DNA of 64,000 nucleotides from Pseudomonadota bacterium (GTDB lineage Bacteria > Pseudomonadota > Alphaproteobacteria > Rickettsiales > UBA1997): the NCBI GenBank assembly GCA_018970485.1, contig JAGWWH010000003.1, forward strand, positions 20,497-84,496, in the 5' to 3' direction. The notes beneath the pieces were generated by a model that saw only the letters and a list, made by a program, of their open reading frames with translations, did no database searches and was not told the origin of the DNA. Positions 1 to 8,507 of the stretch are shown here, piece by piece (the stretch's first letter is position 1; every line of letters starts with the position of its first letter). A program made the position numbers and the translations under genes.

Positions 1-215
1 AAACTCGCATCTGATGTCGACTCAAACCAAACAAGTAAATCCTTAATGCCATTAATCGGAGAGCTGATCGTTAAAAATCTAGCGCTGTTGATACGAGACT
101 GATACACAAGGCGACTGGCAGAAGTGATTCCTTCTATCACTATACTGACTATTAAAATAACGACTGAGAGCTCAACTAAAGAGAAGGCCTTAAGCTTTTT
201 TTGATTTTTCTTCAT
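1..215 (-). CDS. prepilin-type N-terminal cleavage/methylation domain protein (type IV pilin or pseudopilin-like); 5' part only, runs off window
   Basis: Reverse complement from the ATG at 213-215 reads MKKNQKKLKAFSLVELSVVILIVSIVIEGITSASRLVYQSRINSARF... A short basic leader, then A/FSLVE, then about 20 hydrophobic residues matches the prepilin signal pattern. It is absent from the ORF track because there is no stop in the window. Confidence 0.55.
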   Translation of the reverse strand, partial: MKKNQKKLKAFSLVELSVVILIVSIVIEGITSASRLVYQSRINSARFLTISSPINGIKDLLVWFESTSDAS

Positions 216-492
216 TAGCTAAAATCTTCTAAATTGAGTTTTGGGTCGAGATTAAATTTTTTCATGAGTGTGGTAATCGCCCATCAGAAACTAATAACTA
301 AAGGTGTCTAAAATATTTCTTCAAATCCCTGCACGAGCAAGTGTCGATAGAGATATTTTCTAGCTCTCGTCTCGGATTTTAAACGAAATGAGCTGATTTC
401 TAGAAACGAATTTAACTGGGCCGTGTATTTTTTCACCTATCTGCCTGTCAAGAATGTTTGATCGATAGTCTAAGAATCAGGCAATTAAAAAT

Positions 493-1524
493 TTACAGGC
501 CCGTCCTTTGATCGAGTTTTAAAAATCCGATTAAATCAAAAATTAGACTCATTTGTTCGATCACGGTTTTGCATTCTGAGATCAAGCTGACTTCTTTAAA
601 AATAGATCCCGGCTCAAACAAATTTTTACTGTTGTGGAACATCAAAAATAATTCATTTTGACAAAATCCAGCCTCAACTTTTTTGCTTTCAAAAAATTTT
701 GACAAACCTTTCAGCCTCTCCATGAAAGAGGTTGTGATTAGATATCTGGCCTCGATTTGATCGCTGGAATAAACTTCAAACATTTTCTCAAATTCTGGAT
801 CTTCAAAATCAACCTTCTCTAAATCGCTGAAAATATTGCCCAGATTTTTTTTTAAAAAATTACCAACCATTCCGCCATCATTTTTGACAATGGTTTTGCC
901 GTGAAAATTTTTGTTAAAACTTAGCAAAATTGTCGCGCCACGAAAGACTTTATAGCTATATTTTCCTAAGTTTTTTTCTAATATCCATTCTTCAAAACGC
1001 AGAGCTACATCTTTGTATTTTCCAGTGATTAAATCCTCTGTTTTGGAGTAGGATTTATCATGATTTGGAACGATTCCAAATTTCTCAAAAGACTCTATTT
1101 CGCTTTTTTGACCTCCGGGAAAATAACTAAAATCACCAAAAAATTTCAAAATTTCTGAAAATAAATCTGACTTAATAGACTTTTTATAAGATAATATTGG
1201 AAGCCAAGCCCAAAATATTAAGGGAGTTATAACCAGGTAGTAGTACAAAGATATGTCTTCTAGGCTTGAATTGATATGGACAGATTTGGAGATAATTACA
1301 GTGGTAAAAACTGCCAAAATAATAGTACTAAAATGCGCTCTCCAAATAATTTTTTTTAAATGCTTAATGCGGCCTTCTTCAATCTCGATGGCTTTTGGAT
1401 GAATTTTTTGATCATAAAACTGCGCAAATCCCAAACATTTTTCATCATCAATAAATTTCACATTGGCAACATTGCTGAAGATTCGACCACCAAAAAATAG
1501 TCTTAAAAAAGTTAGAAATTTCAT
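493..1524 (-). CDS. DUF3137-like membrane protein (two central TM helices)
   Basis: 343-aa ORF. The overall pattern resembles the DUF3137 family, which commonly partners LemA. Its start overlaps the ccmA stop as TAATG. Confidence 0.5.
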   Translation of the reverse strand: MKFLTFLRLFFGGRIFSNVANVKFIDDEKCLGFAQFYDQKIHPKAIEIEEGRIKHLKKIIWRAHFSTIILAVFTTVIISKSVHINSSLEDISLYYYLVITPLIFWAWLPILSYKKSIKSDLFSEILKFFGDFSYFPGGQKSEIESFEKFGIVPNHDKSYSKTEDLITGKYKDVALRFEEWILEKNLGKYSYKVFRGATILLSFNKNFHGKTIVKNDGGMVGNFLKKNLGNIFSDLEKVDFEDPEFEKMFEVYSSDQIEARYLITTSFMERLKGLSKFFESKKVEAGFCQNELFLMFHNSKNLFEPGSIFKEVSLISECKTVIEQMSLIFDLIGFLKLDQRTGL

Positions 1525-2132
1525 TAGGCAAAGTCCTCAATATTTAAATGTGGACCAAGGTCAAAAAACATTTCGTCGTGAGTCGTAAGAATTACTAAAC
1601 CGTTTTCTTTGACTCGTGTTTTAATCAATCCGTGTAACTTTTCTTTTCCTTCTTTGTCTAAATTATTTGACGGCTCATCCAATAACCACAAGGTTGCCGG
1701 GCAGCACAACAATTTCGCCAACATCACTTTTTTTTGCCAACCAGCGGAAAGTTTTTTTACTTTTTCATCAGCAAATTCATTGAGATCAAAAAAACTTAAA
1801 GCCGAATAAAGCGCCGCTTCTGTATCAGCTAACTTGGCGTAGAAGCTCAGATTTTCTATCACCGTGAGCTCTTGTTCTAAAAAGTTTTTGTGCCCGAGAA
1901 ATTGAGAATCGCCGTTAAAATCAGCGCGTAAATTTTCGACATCTTCCCCACCCCACAAAATTTTTCCCGAAGTTGGTTTGGAAATTCCGGCAATAATTTT
2001 TAACAAACTACTTTTGCCACAACCATTGCGACCCTTGATTATCAAAGCCGAATTGAGTCCTACGGAAAAACTGAGATCTGAGAATATTTTTTTATCATCC
2101 CGCAAAACTGTGAGATTTTCGACACTTAACAT
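1524..2132 (-). CDS. ccmA: CcmA-like heme-exporter ABC ATPase
   Basis: 202 aa with Walker A GRNGCGKSSLLK, signature LSAGWQKK, Walker B LWLLDEPSNNLD and H-loop TTHD. Size and motifs are typical of CcmA. Confidence 0.7.
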   Translation of the reverse strand: MLSVENLTVLRDDKKIFSDLSFSVGLNSALIIKGRNGCGKSSLLKIIAGISKPTSGKILWGGEDVENLRADFNGDSQFLGHKNFLEQELTVIENLSFYAKLADTEAALYSALSFFDLNEFADEKVKKLSAGWQKKVMLAKLLCCPATLWLLDEPSNNLDKEGKEKLHGLIKTRVKENGLVILTTHDEMFFDLGPHLNIEDFA

Positions 2133-2714
2133 CTAAAGAAATTTCGCCGCATCGACTAGATCTTTCACCACTTCTTCAGCTTCAAAAAATGGCATTTCTT
2201 TTACACCAACCAGCATCGCCAAAATATTTCCTGGGAAAATTTGAATCGAGTTACGAAGTGCTGTAACCGCAGAATTGTAGAAGCGTCTTGCTGCTGCAAC
2301 TTGCGCTTCGATCTCGTTGTAACTTTGCTGTGCGTGAAGCATGTTTTGATTCGATTTCAGCTCAGGATAATTTTCCGCGCGCAACATTATTCCACTCATT
2401 TTTTGCGCTAACATTTCAGAAGAAGCTAGGTAGCTCTTGACGTCTTGCGGATTTTTTAAATCATAACTTTTTCCCAACTGTTCACGCAAAGCGGTGACTT
2501 CTTCGAAAATATTTTTCTCATGCTCCATGAATTTCTTGGCGATAGTGAGAATATTTGGAATGAGATCGAGGCGATTTTTCAACTGCACGTCAATCCCAGA
2601 CAAAGCTTCTAAAACCTTGTTTCTCTTGCCGATAATCGAGGCATACCAGAAATAAAAAATCGCCAAAACTGCGATTAAAATGATCAAATTTAAATTCATA
2701 AGTATCGCATTCAT
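2133..2714 (-). CDS. lemA: LemA family protein
   Basis: N-terminal TM helix followed by the typical LemA helical region (IPNILTIAKKFMEHEK...YNSAV...FP). Confidence 0.85.
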   Translation of the reverse strand: MNAILMNLNLIILIAVLAIFYFWYASIIGKRNKVLEALSGIDVQLKNRLDLIPNILTIAKKFMEHEKNIFEEVTALREQLGKSYDLKNPQDVKSYLASSEMLAQKMSGIMLRAENYPELKSNQNMLHAQQSYNEIEAQVAAARRFYNSAVTALRNSIQIFPGNILAMLVGVKEMPFFEAEEVVKDLVDAAKFL

Positions 2715-2819
2715 AAGTATCTCGAGTTTGGTTGAAAAAAGTTCTTGTCATCTTCTTTGAGAAAACAAGATTTTGCAGATAAGTCTTATACTTGCGGAAG
2801 CTTGAAATCACTGATTAAA

Positions 2820-3482
2820 ATGACAATAGAATTTTACGAACACTCCGAAACAAAAAACCCAAAATACCTAGTAATTTTTTTACATGGATATGGCGCCAAC
2901 GGTGAAAATTTGATCAATCTTTGGCACGAATTTAACTACGCCCTACCCGACGCACATTATATCTCTCCTAACGCAATCGAACCTTGGGAAGGTGGATTTC
3001 CAAATTCTTACCAATGGTTTACGCTCTACAAAGGAGTGGATCGATTAGGCTTAGTTGAAGCCGCACACCACATTAAAAATGCCAATAAAACTTTAGAAAA
3101 ATTTATCGCTGAACAACTCACTCGCTTCAATCTTGGAGTAGAAAAACTTTTTCTAGTTGGCTTCTCGCAAGGAGCAATGATGGCGATTTATCAAGGCCTG
3201 ATCGCCTCTCAAAAGCCGGCGGGAATAATCTCTTTCTCGGGCCGATTGATTTTACCGGAGATGGTTGGCGAAAAAATAATCTCAAAACCTGAAATCTGCT
3301 TAATCCACGGCGAGCAAGATTCCGTGCTGCCTCTCGAGAATTTTATCGAAGCAAAAAAACTTCTCGAAATACATAAAATAGAACACGAATCTCATCAAAT
3401 CCCTCATCTCGATCATTCCATTGATATCCACGGGATCCGCCTCGCGCAACAGTTCGTTAAAAAACAAATCAAAAAATTTTAA
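2820..3482 (+). CDS. phospholipase/carboxylesterase family alpha/beta hydrolase
   Basis: Nucleophile elbow GFSQGAMMA and HG motif FLHGYGANG. Start moved to Met26 of ORF 2745..3482. Confidence 0.75.
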   Translation: MTIEFYEHSETKNPKYLVIFLHGYGANGENLINLWHEFNYALPDAHYISPNAIEPWEGGFPNSYQWFTLYKGVDRLGLVEAAHHIKNANKTLEKFIAEQLTRFNLGVEKLFLVGFSQGAMMAIYQGLIASQKPAGIISFSGRLILPEMVGEKIISKPEICLIHGEQDSVLPLENFIEAKKLLEIHKIEHESHQIPHLDHSIDIHGIRLAQQFVKKQIKKF

Positions 3483-3486
3483 AAAT

Positions 3487-4326
3487 ATGTCAAAAAAACT
3501 TAACCTAATCGCCTCCTTGATATTAGTGCTGCATTCTACTTTTACTCACGCTGAAACCGCATCTATTCTAACTTTTGATCCCATGGAAAATCAGCAAAAC
3601 AGCTTACCTCGTAACTTTCGCGATCTTAAATCTTTGGGAATAAACGCGATTGCTAGTGCACAATTTTCAGAAGATCAGTTGCAAGAAGTGCGAAAAAAAT
3701 ATCCAAAAGAAAAAATCACAATCGTTGATCTAAGAGCAGAAAGCCACGGATTCATTGATGGAAAACCCGTTACTTGGCACACGTCTTTTGAGAAAGGCAA
3801 TCAAGATAAAACCTCCGCTAAAATAGCCGCCGAAGAATCGAAGCGCTTAGCTTTGGCCGCAAAAGATCAAGAAATCGTTGTGAATAAAGTTATCAAAAAA
3901 GATCGCGCCAACGGCTGGTATGAAGAGGTTTCGCCAAATATCGTTAAGGTAACCAATGCAACGAGTGAAAAAGATTTGGCCGAAAAAAATGGTTTTAAAT
4001 ATCAAAGATTTCCAATCAGAGACTTCGATATTCCTAACGATAAGGAGTTCAAAAAAATGGTAAATTTCATCAAAACTTTACCGGAAGATGAAAAAATTTA
4101 TGTCCACTGCGCCGGCGGAAAAGGAAGAACGGGAACATTTCTAATTCTTCTAGATATCGCAAAAAATGGCAAAGAAACCAAGCTAGAAGATATCTTCAAA
4201 AGACAACACGCTCTAGGCGCAGCAAAGCTAGATGAAATTTCTAAAGAAGAATCTTGGAGCAAAGAAATCGCTCAAGAAAGATTAAAGATGATCGAAAATT
4301 TCTACGAAACTGAAACGAAAAAATAA
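3487..4326 (+). CDS. secreted cysteine phosphatase (PTP-like, possibly phytase-like)
   Basis: Signal-peptide-like start MSKKLNLIASLILVLHSTFTHA. CX5R P-loop VHCAGGKGRTGT. Start is Met23 of ORF 3421..4326. Confidence 0.7.
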   Translation: MSKKLNLIASLILVLHSTFTHAETASILTFDPMENQQNSLPRNFRDLKSLGINAIASAQFSEDQLQEVRKKYPKEKITIVDLRAESHGFIDGKPVTWHTSFEKGNQDKTSAKIAAEESKRLALAAKDQEIVVNKVIKKDRANGWYEEVSPNIVKVTNATSEKDLAEKNGFKYQRFPIRDFDIPNDKEFKKMVNFIKTLPEDEKIYVHCAGGKGRTGTFLILLDIAKNGKETKLEDIFKRQHALGAAKLDEISKEESWSKEIAQERLKMIENFYETETKK

Positions 4327-4327
4327 C

Positions 4328-5584
4328 ATGCGCCTCTCCCAATATTTCCTCCCTACCCTCAAAGAAAATCCAGTCGATGCCACTGTCGTTTCGCATCAGT
4401 TGATGGTGCGGGCGGGGATGATTCGTCAGACCACTTCTGGCATCTACACTTGGCTTCCTCTCGGCTTGCGCGTGCTACGGAAAGTTGAGCAAATCATTCG
4501 CGAAGAGATGGATAAAACCGGCGCGCTCGAAGTTTTGATGCCAACGATTCAACCAGCAGAACTCTGGCAAGAATCTGGTCGTTACGACGCTTACGGCAAA
4601 GAGATGTTGCGCTTCAAAGATCGTCACGATCGCGACATGCTTTACGGGCCAACGCATGAAGAAGTGATCACCGACATCTTCCGCAAAAACACAAATTCTT
4701 ACAAAGATCTGCCAAAAAACCTTTACCAAATTCACTGGAAATTCCGCGACGAAATTCGTCCGCGCTTTGGTCTGATGCGTGGCCGCGAGTTCTTGATGAA
4801 AGATGCTTATTCTTTCGACATCGATGAAGTGAGCGCAAAAAAAACTTACGATTTGATGTATGAAACTTACTTCAAAATCTTCCGCCGTATGGGTTTGAAA
4901 CCAATGGCAGTGCGCGCTGATACTGGTGCGATCGGCGGTGATCTTTCTCACGAATTCCACGTTTTAGCCGATACTGGTGAGAGCGCGATCTACTACGATA
5001 AAAAATTCGACGAACCAAATCTCTCGCTTGCTGAAGCAAAAAATCTTTACGCGATGGCTGATGAAATGCACGTTGCAGAAAAATGTCCAATCCCCGCCGA
5101 TCAAGTAACCACAAGGCGCGGCATTGAAGTTGGTCACATTTTCAACTCTGGTTTAAAATACACAAAAGCGATGGAAACCACAGTGATGGGACCTGCTGGC
5201 GAAAAAATTTATCCAAACTGCGGTTGCTACGGAATCGGCGCGTCACGCGTTGTTGCGGCGGCGATCGAGGCAAGTCACGATGCAAACGGAATCATCTGGC
5301 CGAAAGAACTCGCGCCATTCCAATATGCTTTAATCAACGTGAGACCAGGCGACGAGCTGTGCGATAAAGTTTGTGAAGAGATTTACGCAACTCTTCCAGA
5401 AGTTCTTTACGACGACACAAAAGCAAGTTTGGGCCAAAAATTTTCGATCGCCGATTTGATCGGAATTCCAACTCAAATCATCGTCGGACCAAAATCTGCA
5501 GCGGAAGGAAAAGTGGAAATCAAAGACCGCAAAACTGGCGAGAAAAAAGAAGTTTCGATCAAAGATTTAGCTGGAATTTTTTAG
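4328..5584 (+). CDS. proS: prolyl-tRNA synthetase
   Basis: Class II aaRS motifs and strong family resemblance over the full length. Confidence 0.95.
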   Translation: MRLSQYFLPTLKENPVDATVVSHQLMVRAGMIRQTTSGIYTWLPLGLRVLRKVEQIIREEMDKTGALEVLMPTIQPAELWQESGRYDAYGKEMLRFKDRHDRDMLYGPTHEEVITDIFRKNTNSYKDLPKNLYQIHWKFRDEIRPRFGLMRGREFLMKDAYSFDIDEVSAKKTYDLMYETYFKIFRRMGLKPMAVRADTGAIGGDLSHEFHVLADTGESAIYYDKKFDEPNLSLAEAKNLYAMADEMHVAEKCPIPADQVTTRRGIEVGHIFNSGLKYTKAMETTVMGPAGEKIYPNCGCYGIGASRVVAAAIEASHDANGIIWPKELAPFQYALINVRPGDELCDKVCEEIYATLPEVLYDDTKASLGQKFSIADLIGIPTQIIVGPKSAAEGKVEIKDRKTGEKKEVSIKDLAGIF

Positions 5585-5695
5585 AAGATTCTCGCCGCGG
5601 CGGCAAGTTTTGGTTTAGGCTAAATCCTTTACTGGCGCGGCCTCCCGACTCAACTCACTTTTTCACTTTCACAAGATTTGTAGGCCGAGCCAATC

Positions 5696-5776
5696 CTGCC
5701 GCCGGTCGAGCGGGGTCGAGACCTCTGGAGTCTTACTCACGAGGCCTCGACGCAGTGTGACCGGCGGATGTTTTTT
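5696..5776 (+). terminator. large GC-rich stem-loop plus T-run downstream of proS
   Basis: GCCGCCGGTC (about 5698-5707) pairs with GACCGGCGG (5759-5767). An inner hairpin GTCGAGACCTC/GAGGCCTCGAC follows, then TTTTTT (5771-5776). Confidence 0.4.
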
Positions 5777-6020
5777 ACTTCTTCACTTTCATCAAAAGTA
5801 TCGCTCCCGACAAAAGAAAAACGATCAGATTCGAGATAATCAAAATTTTATTTCCGATCAAAATTCCGTAGAGCAACCACAGCGCAACACCGGTAACAAA
5901 CATCGAATACATCAACAAAGAAATTCCCGAAGTATCGCGTTCTTTAAAAGTTTTAATCGCTTGCGGCAGGAAGCTTAAAGTGGTTAGAAAAGCGGCGATG
6001 TAGCCGATTATTTCAGTCAT
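5775..6020 (-). CDS. SemiSWEET / PQ-loop family small transporter
   Basis: 81 aa with three TM helices and the FLPQ motif (LSFLPQAIKTFKERDTSGIS). Confidence 0.75.
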   Translation of the reverse strand: MTEIIGYIAAFLTTLSFLPQAIKTFKERDTSGISLLMYSMFVTGVALWLLYGILIGNKILIISNLIVFLLSGAILLMKVKK

Positions 6021-6172
6021 TTTGATTTTTGATTTTGATTGATCACAATTCCTGGATCCCCGCCTGCGCGGGTATGACGCTTAGAGTATGTGCTTAAAAA
6101 CCGTCATCCCCGCGCAGGCGGGGATCCAGGAACTACAAATCAATAAACCTCAGCTAAATCAAAAATCAAAAT
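6021..6172. repeat. composite palindromic intergenic element (family A core plus GATTTT-type outer arms)
   Basis: Core arm 6051-6079 is CCTGGATCCCCGCCTGCGCGGGTATGACG. Arm 6102-6130 is its reverse complement with 1 mismatch. Outer arms 6021-6040 and 6153-6172 (TTTGATTTTTGATTTTGA / AATCAAAAATCAAAAT) are also inverted. Confidence 0.8.
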
Positions 6173-6174
6173 TT

Positions 6175-7698
6175 ATGAAAAATCACAAACCGGTTTTGCT
6201 CTGTATTTTAGATGGCTGGGGCATTGGTAACGAGTCGGATTCTAACGCCATAAGCTTGGCAAAAACTCCAAACTACAAACGTTTTTTACAAACTTATCCC
6301 AACTCACAGCTCGAAACTTCTGGCCTCGCCGTTGGCTTGCCAGAAGGCCAAATGGGAAATTCAGAAGTCGGTCACATGACGATCGGCGCGGGTCGCGTGA
6401 TTTTTCAAGATTTACCGCGCATCAACAATGCGATCAAAGATGGCTCTCTCGCCAAAAATCCGCAGTTACAAAAATTAATCGCCCAAAAAAACGAAGGAAA
6501 AACCTGTCACTTGATGGGCTTGCTCTCTGACGGCGGCGTGCATTCGCATATTGATCACATTATTTTTCTTGCCGAATTTTTGGCAAAAAATGGCGTCAAA
6601 GTTTTGCTGCACGCATTTTTAGATGGCCGCGATGTTGCGCAAAAAAGTGCGATTGGATATTTGGAACAATGCAAAAATATTGAGATCGCGACAATCTCTG
6701 GACGCTACTACGCCATGGATCGCGACAAGAAGTGGGATCGCATCGAACTTGCGACTAATGCGATTATTTCTGCTCAAGGCGAAAGATTTTCCGACGCGAT
6801 TTCGGCGGTAAAAAAATCTTACGAAGAAAATCTCACCGACGAATTCATCAAGCCTTGCGTGATTGGCGAATACTCTGGAATCAAAGACGGAGACGCCCTG
6901 CTCTTCTGTAATTTTCGCGCTGATCGTGCTCGTCAAATTTCAGAAAAACTTTCCACCCTTCAACTCCTGAGCTTGTCGAAGGATCAGGGTGACGCCTCGG
7001 TTTTTTCTCACGCTCTCGCACTCACCGAATATTCCGAAAAACTGAACAATTTTTACGAAATTTTATTCCCGTCAGTCGAAATAAAAAATTCTCTGCCAGA
7101 AATTTTATCCGCTCGCGGCCTTACGCAATTAAGGATCGCCGAGACTGAAAAATATGCGCATGTAACTTTTTTCTTTTCTTGCGGACAGGAAAAAGAATTT
7201 CTTGGTGAAGAAAGAATTTTGATAAAATCGCCTGCAGTTGCGACTTACGACCTCAAGCCAGAAATGTCTTCGCACGAAGTTGGAGAAAAATTATGCGCAG
7301 CGATCGCATCAGAAAAATTTGATTTCATCGTCGTTAACTACGCCAATCCTGACATGGTCGGACATAGCGGCATGCTTGATCCCTCGATCAAAGCCGTTGA
7401 GTCAATCGATGCGCAACTTGCCCAACTTGAGAAGATTATTTTAGAAAAAGATGGCTTGATGCTGATCTCCGCAGACCACGGAAATATTGAGTGCATGCTT
7501 GATGAGAATCATCAACCACACACTTCCCACACAACAAATCCAGTGCCGTTTATTTTAGTCGGAAAAAATGTTGATAACCTTAAGCTCAGTAATGGAGCTC
7601 TCTGCGACATAGCGCCAACTATTCTAAATCTGATGCAACTTCCTCAACCAAAAGAGATGAGCGGCAGAAATTTACTAGAAACTGTAAAATTCTCTTAG
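6175..7698 (+). CDS. gpmI: 2,3-bisphosphoglycerate-independent phosphoglycerate mutase
   Basis: MKNHKPVLLCILDGWG start and conserved ETEKYAHVTFFF and ADHGN motifs. Start is Met30 of ORF 6088..7698. Confidence 0.95.
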   Translation: MKNHKPVLLCILDGWGIGNESDSNAISLAKTPNYKRFLQTYPNSQLETSGLAVGLPEGQMGNSEVGHMTIGAGRVIFQDLPRINNAIKDGSLAKNPQLQKLIAQKNEGKTCHLMGLLSDGGVHSHIDHIIFLAEFLAKNGVKVLLHAFLDGRDVAQKSAIGYLEQCKNIEIATISGRYYAMDRDKKWDRIELATNAIISAQGERFSDAISAVKKSYEENLTDEFIKPCVIGEYSGIKDGDALLFCNFRADRARQISEKLSTLQLLSLSKDQGDASVFSHALALTEYSEKLNNFYEILFPSVEIKNSLPEILSARGLTQLRIAETEKYAHVTFFFSCGQEKEFLGEERILIKSPAVATYDLKPEMSSHEVGEKLCAAIASEKFDFIVVNYANPDMVGHSGMLDPSIKAVESIDAQLAQLEKIILEKDGLMLISADHGNIECMLDENHQPHTSHTTNPVPFILVGKNVDNLKLSNGALCDIAPTILNLMQLPQPKEMSGRNLLETVKFS

Positions 7699-7908
7699 CC
7701 TGAAATTTCTGAAAAACAAAAAAGATGAAAGCGCCTGAAGATCTTTGATTTGTTCAGATTGATTCAAATTAGAATCGCGATGATTCCTAACTCGCTATTT
7801 TCGACGATTGTTTCAGTAATTTTTCTCTGAATTCCAAATAAAAGACTCTCTTCATCTGGCCGGAAAAATTTGGGAAATTTTTTAACAATTCTTTTGCGGT
7901 CATCTTTT

Positions 7909-8394
7909 ATGACAAGAGCTAGCAATTCGAGGATTAAACCCACCCCTAGATATTACCCAGAAGAAGATTACTCAGAAAAATCTGAAGAAGATGAAGTGAG
8001 AAAAAACAATATGAAGCTTGGGGCGAGCCTCAATGCTAAGATAGAGGCTTGGGAAATTACAGAAGAACTTATAGAAGATCTTCATAAAGCTCGTGAAGAA
8101 AAAGTTGTAAGCTTGATCATCGGGACCAATTCTTTTGAAGAATCGCCACAAAACAGCCCCAGACCTACGATAGTTAGTCAAGTTTGTAATCTTTTTTCCT
8201 GCTGCAAAAAAACTCCTAGGAACGAAGAAATTGATGTGAGTTTTCCTGAAGATACACCTTTGGGAGAATTGGGATTGGATGAAAGAAGGCAAGGCGCATC
8301 TAGTGAAGGATCTAAATCTAAAACTCTGGCTGGTCGATTTTGTGATTTAATTTCTCAAAGAAAAACTGGGGGAAAGGTTTTTCCGACAGTATAA
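7909..8394 (+). CDS. hypothetical acidic protein (orphan)
   Basis: ORF 7870..8394, first ATG at 7909. No family recognised. A hairpin plus T-run follows. Confidence 0.4.
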   Translation: MTRASNSRIKPTPRYYPEEDYSEKSEEDEVRKNNMKLGASLNAKIEAWEITEELIEDLHKAREEKVVSLIIGTNSFEESPQNSPRPTIVSQVCNLFSCCKKTPRNEEIDVSFPEDTPLGELGLDERRQGASSEGSKSKTLAGRFCDLISQRKTGGKVFPTV

Positions 8395-8406
8395 CTTTAA
8401 AAAGAT

Positions 8407-8439
8407 TAAGCCGGCGAGCGTTTGGCTTAGTATTTTTTT
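8407..8439 (+). terminator. putative rho-independent terminator
   Basis: TAAGCC..(loop)..GGCTTA followed by TATTTTTTT. Confidence 0.4.
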
Positions 8440-8507
8440 GCCAAATCCAAACTAAAAACCTTACTTTAGAAAAACCCATCTTTCTGAAGAGAAGTAAGCT
8501 AGTCTCG

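Noticed and set aside
4475-5114. Antisense ORFs inside proS (4475..4960, 4872..5114). Similar antisense ORFs lie within other core genes.
   Set aside because: They lie opposite strongly conserved coding sequence and show no motifs. This is typical shadow-ORF composition.
5590-5770. tRNA, tmRNA piece, SRP RNA or RNase P RNA in the GC-rich spacer
   Set aside because: No T-loop GGTTCGA, no CCA-ending acceptor, no SRP domain IV motif and no tag-like reading frame were found on either strand. It is kept only as an unclassified structured element.
6088-6174. N-terminal extension of gpmI (MCLKTVIPAQAGIQ...)
   Set aside because: The extension is a translation of the family A palindromic element. 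Conserved GpmI sequence starts at the Met at 6175.
6953-6992. Hairpin-like sequence inside gpmI (CACCCTTCAAC...GTCGAAGGATCAGGGTG, encoding LSLSKDQGD), considered as an in-frame RPE-type insertion
   Set aside because: The variable segment between the conserved FRADRAR and LTEY motifs is about 22 aa here, against about 19 aa in E. coli GpmM as I recall it. There is no extra length to attribute to an insertion.
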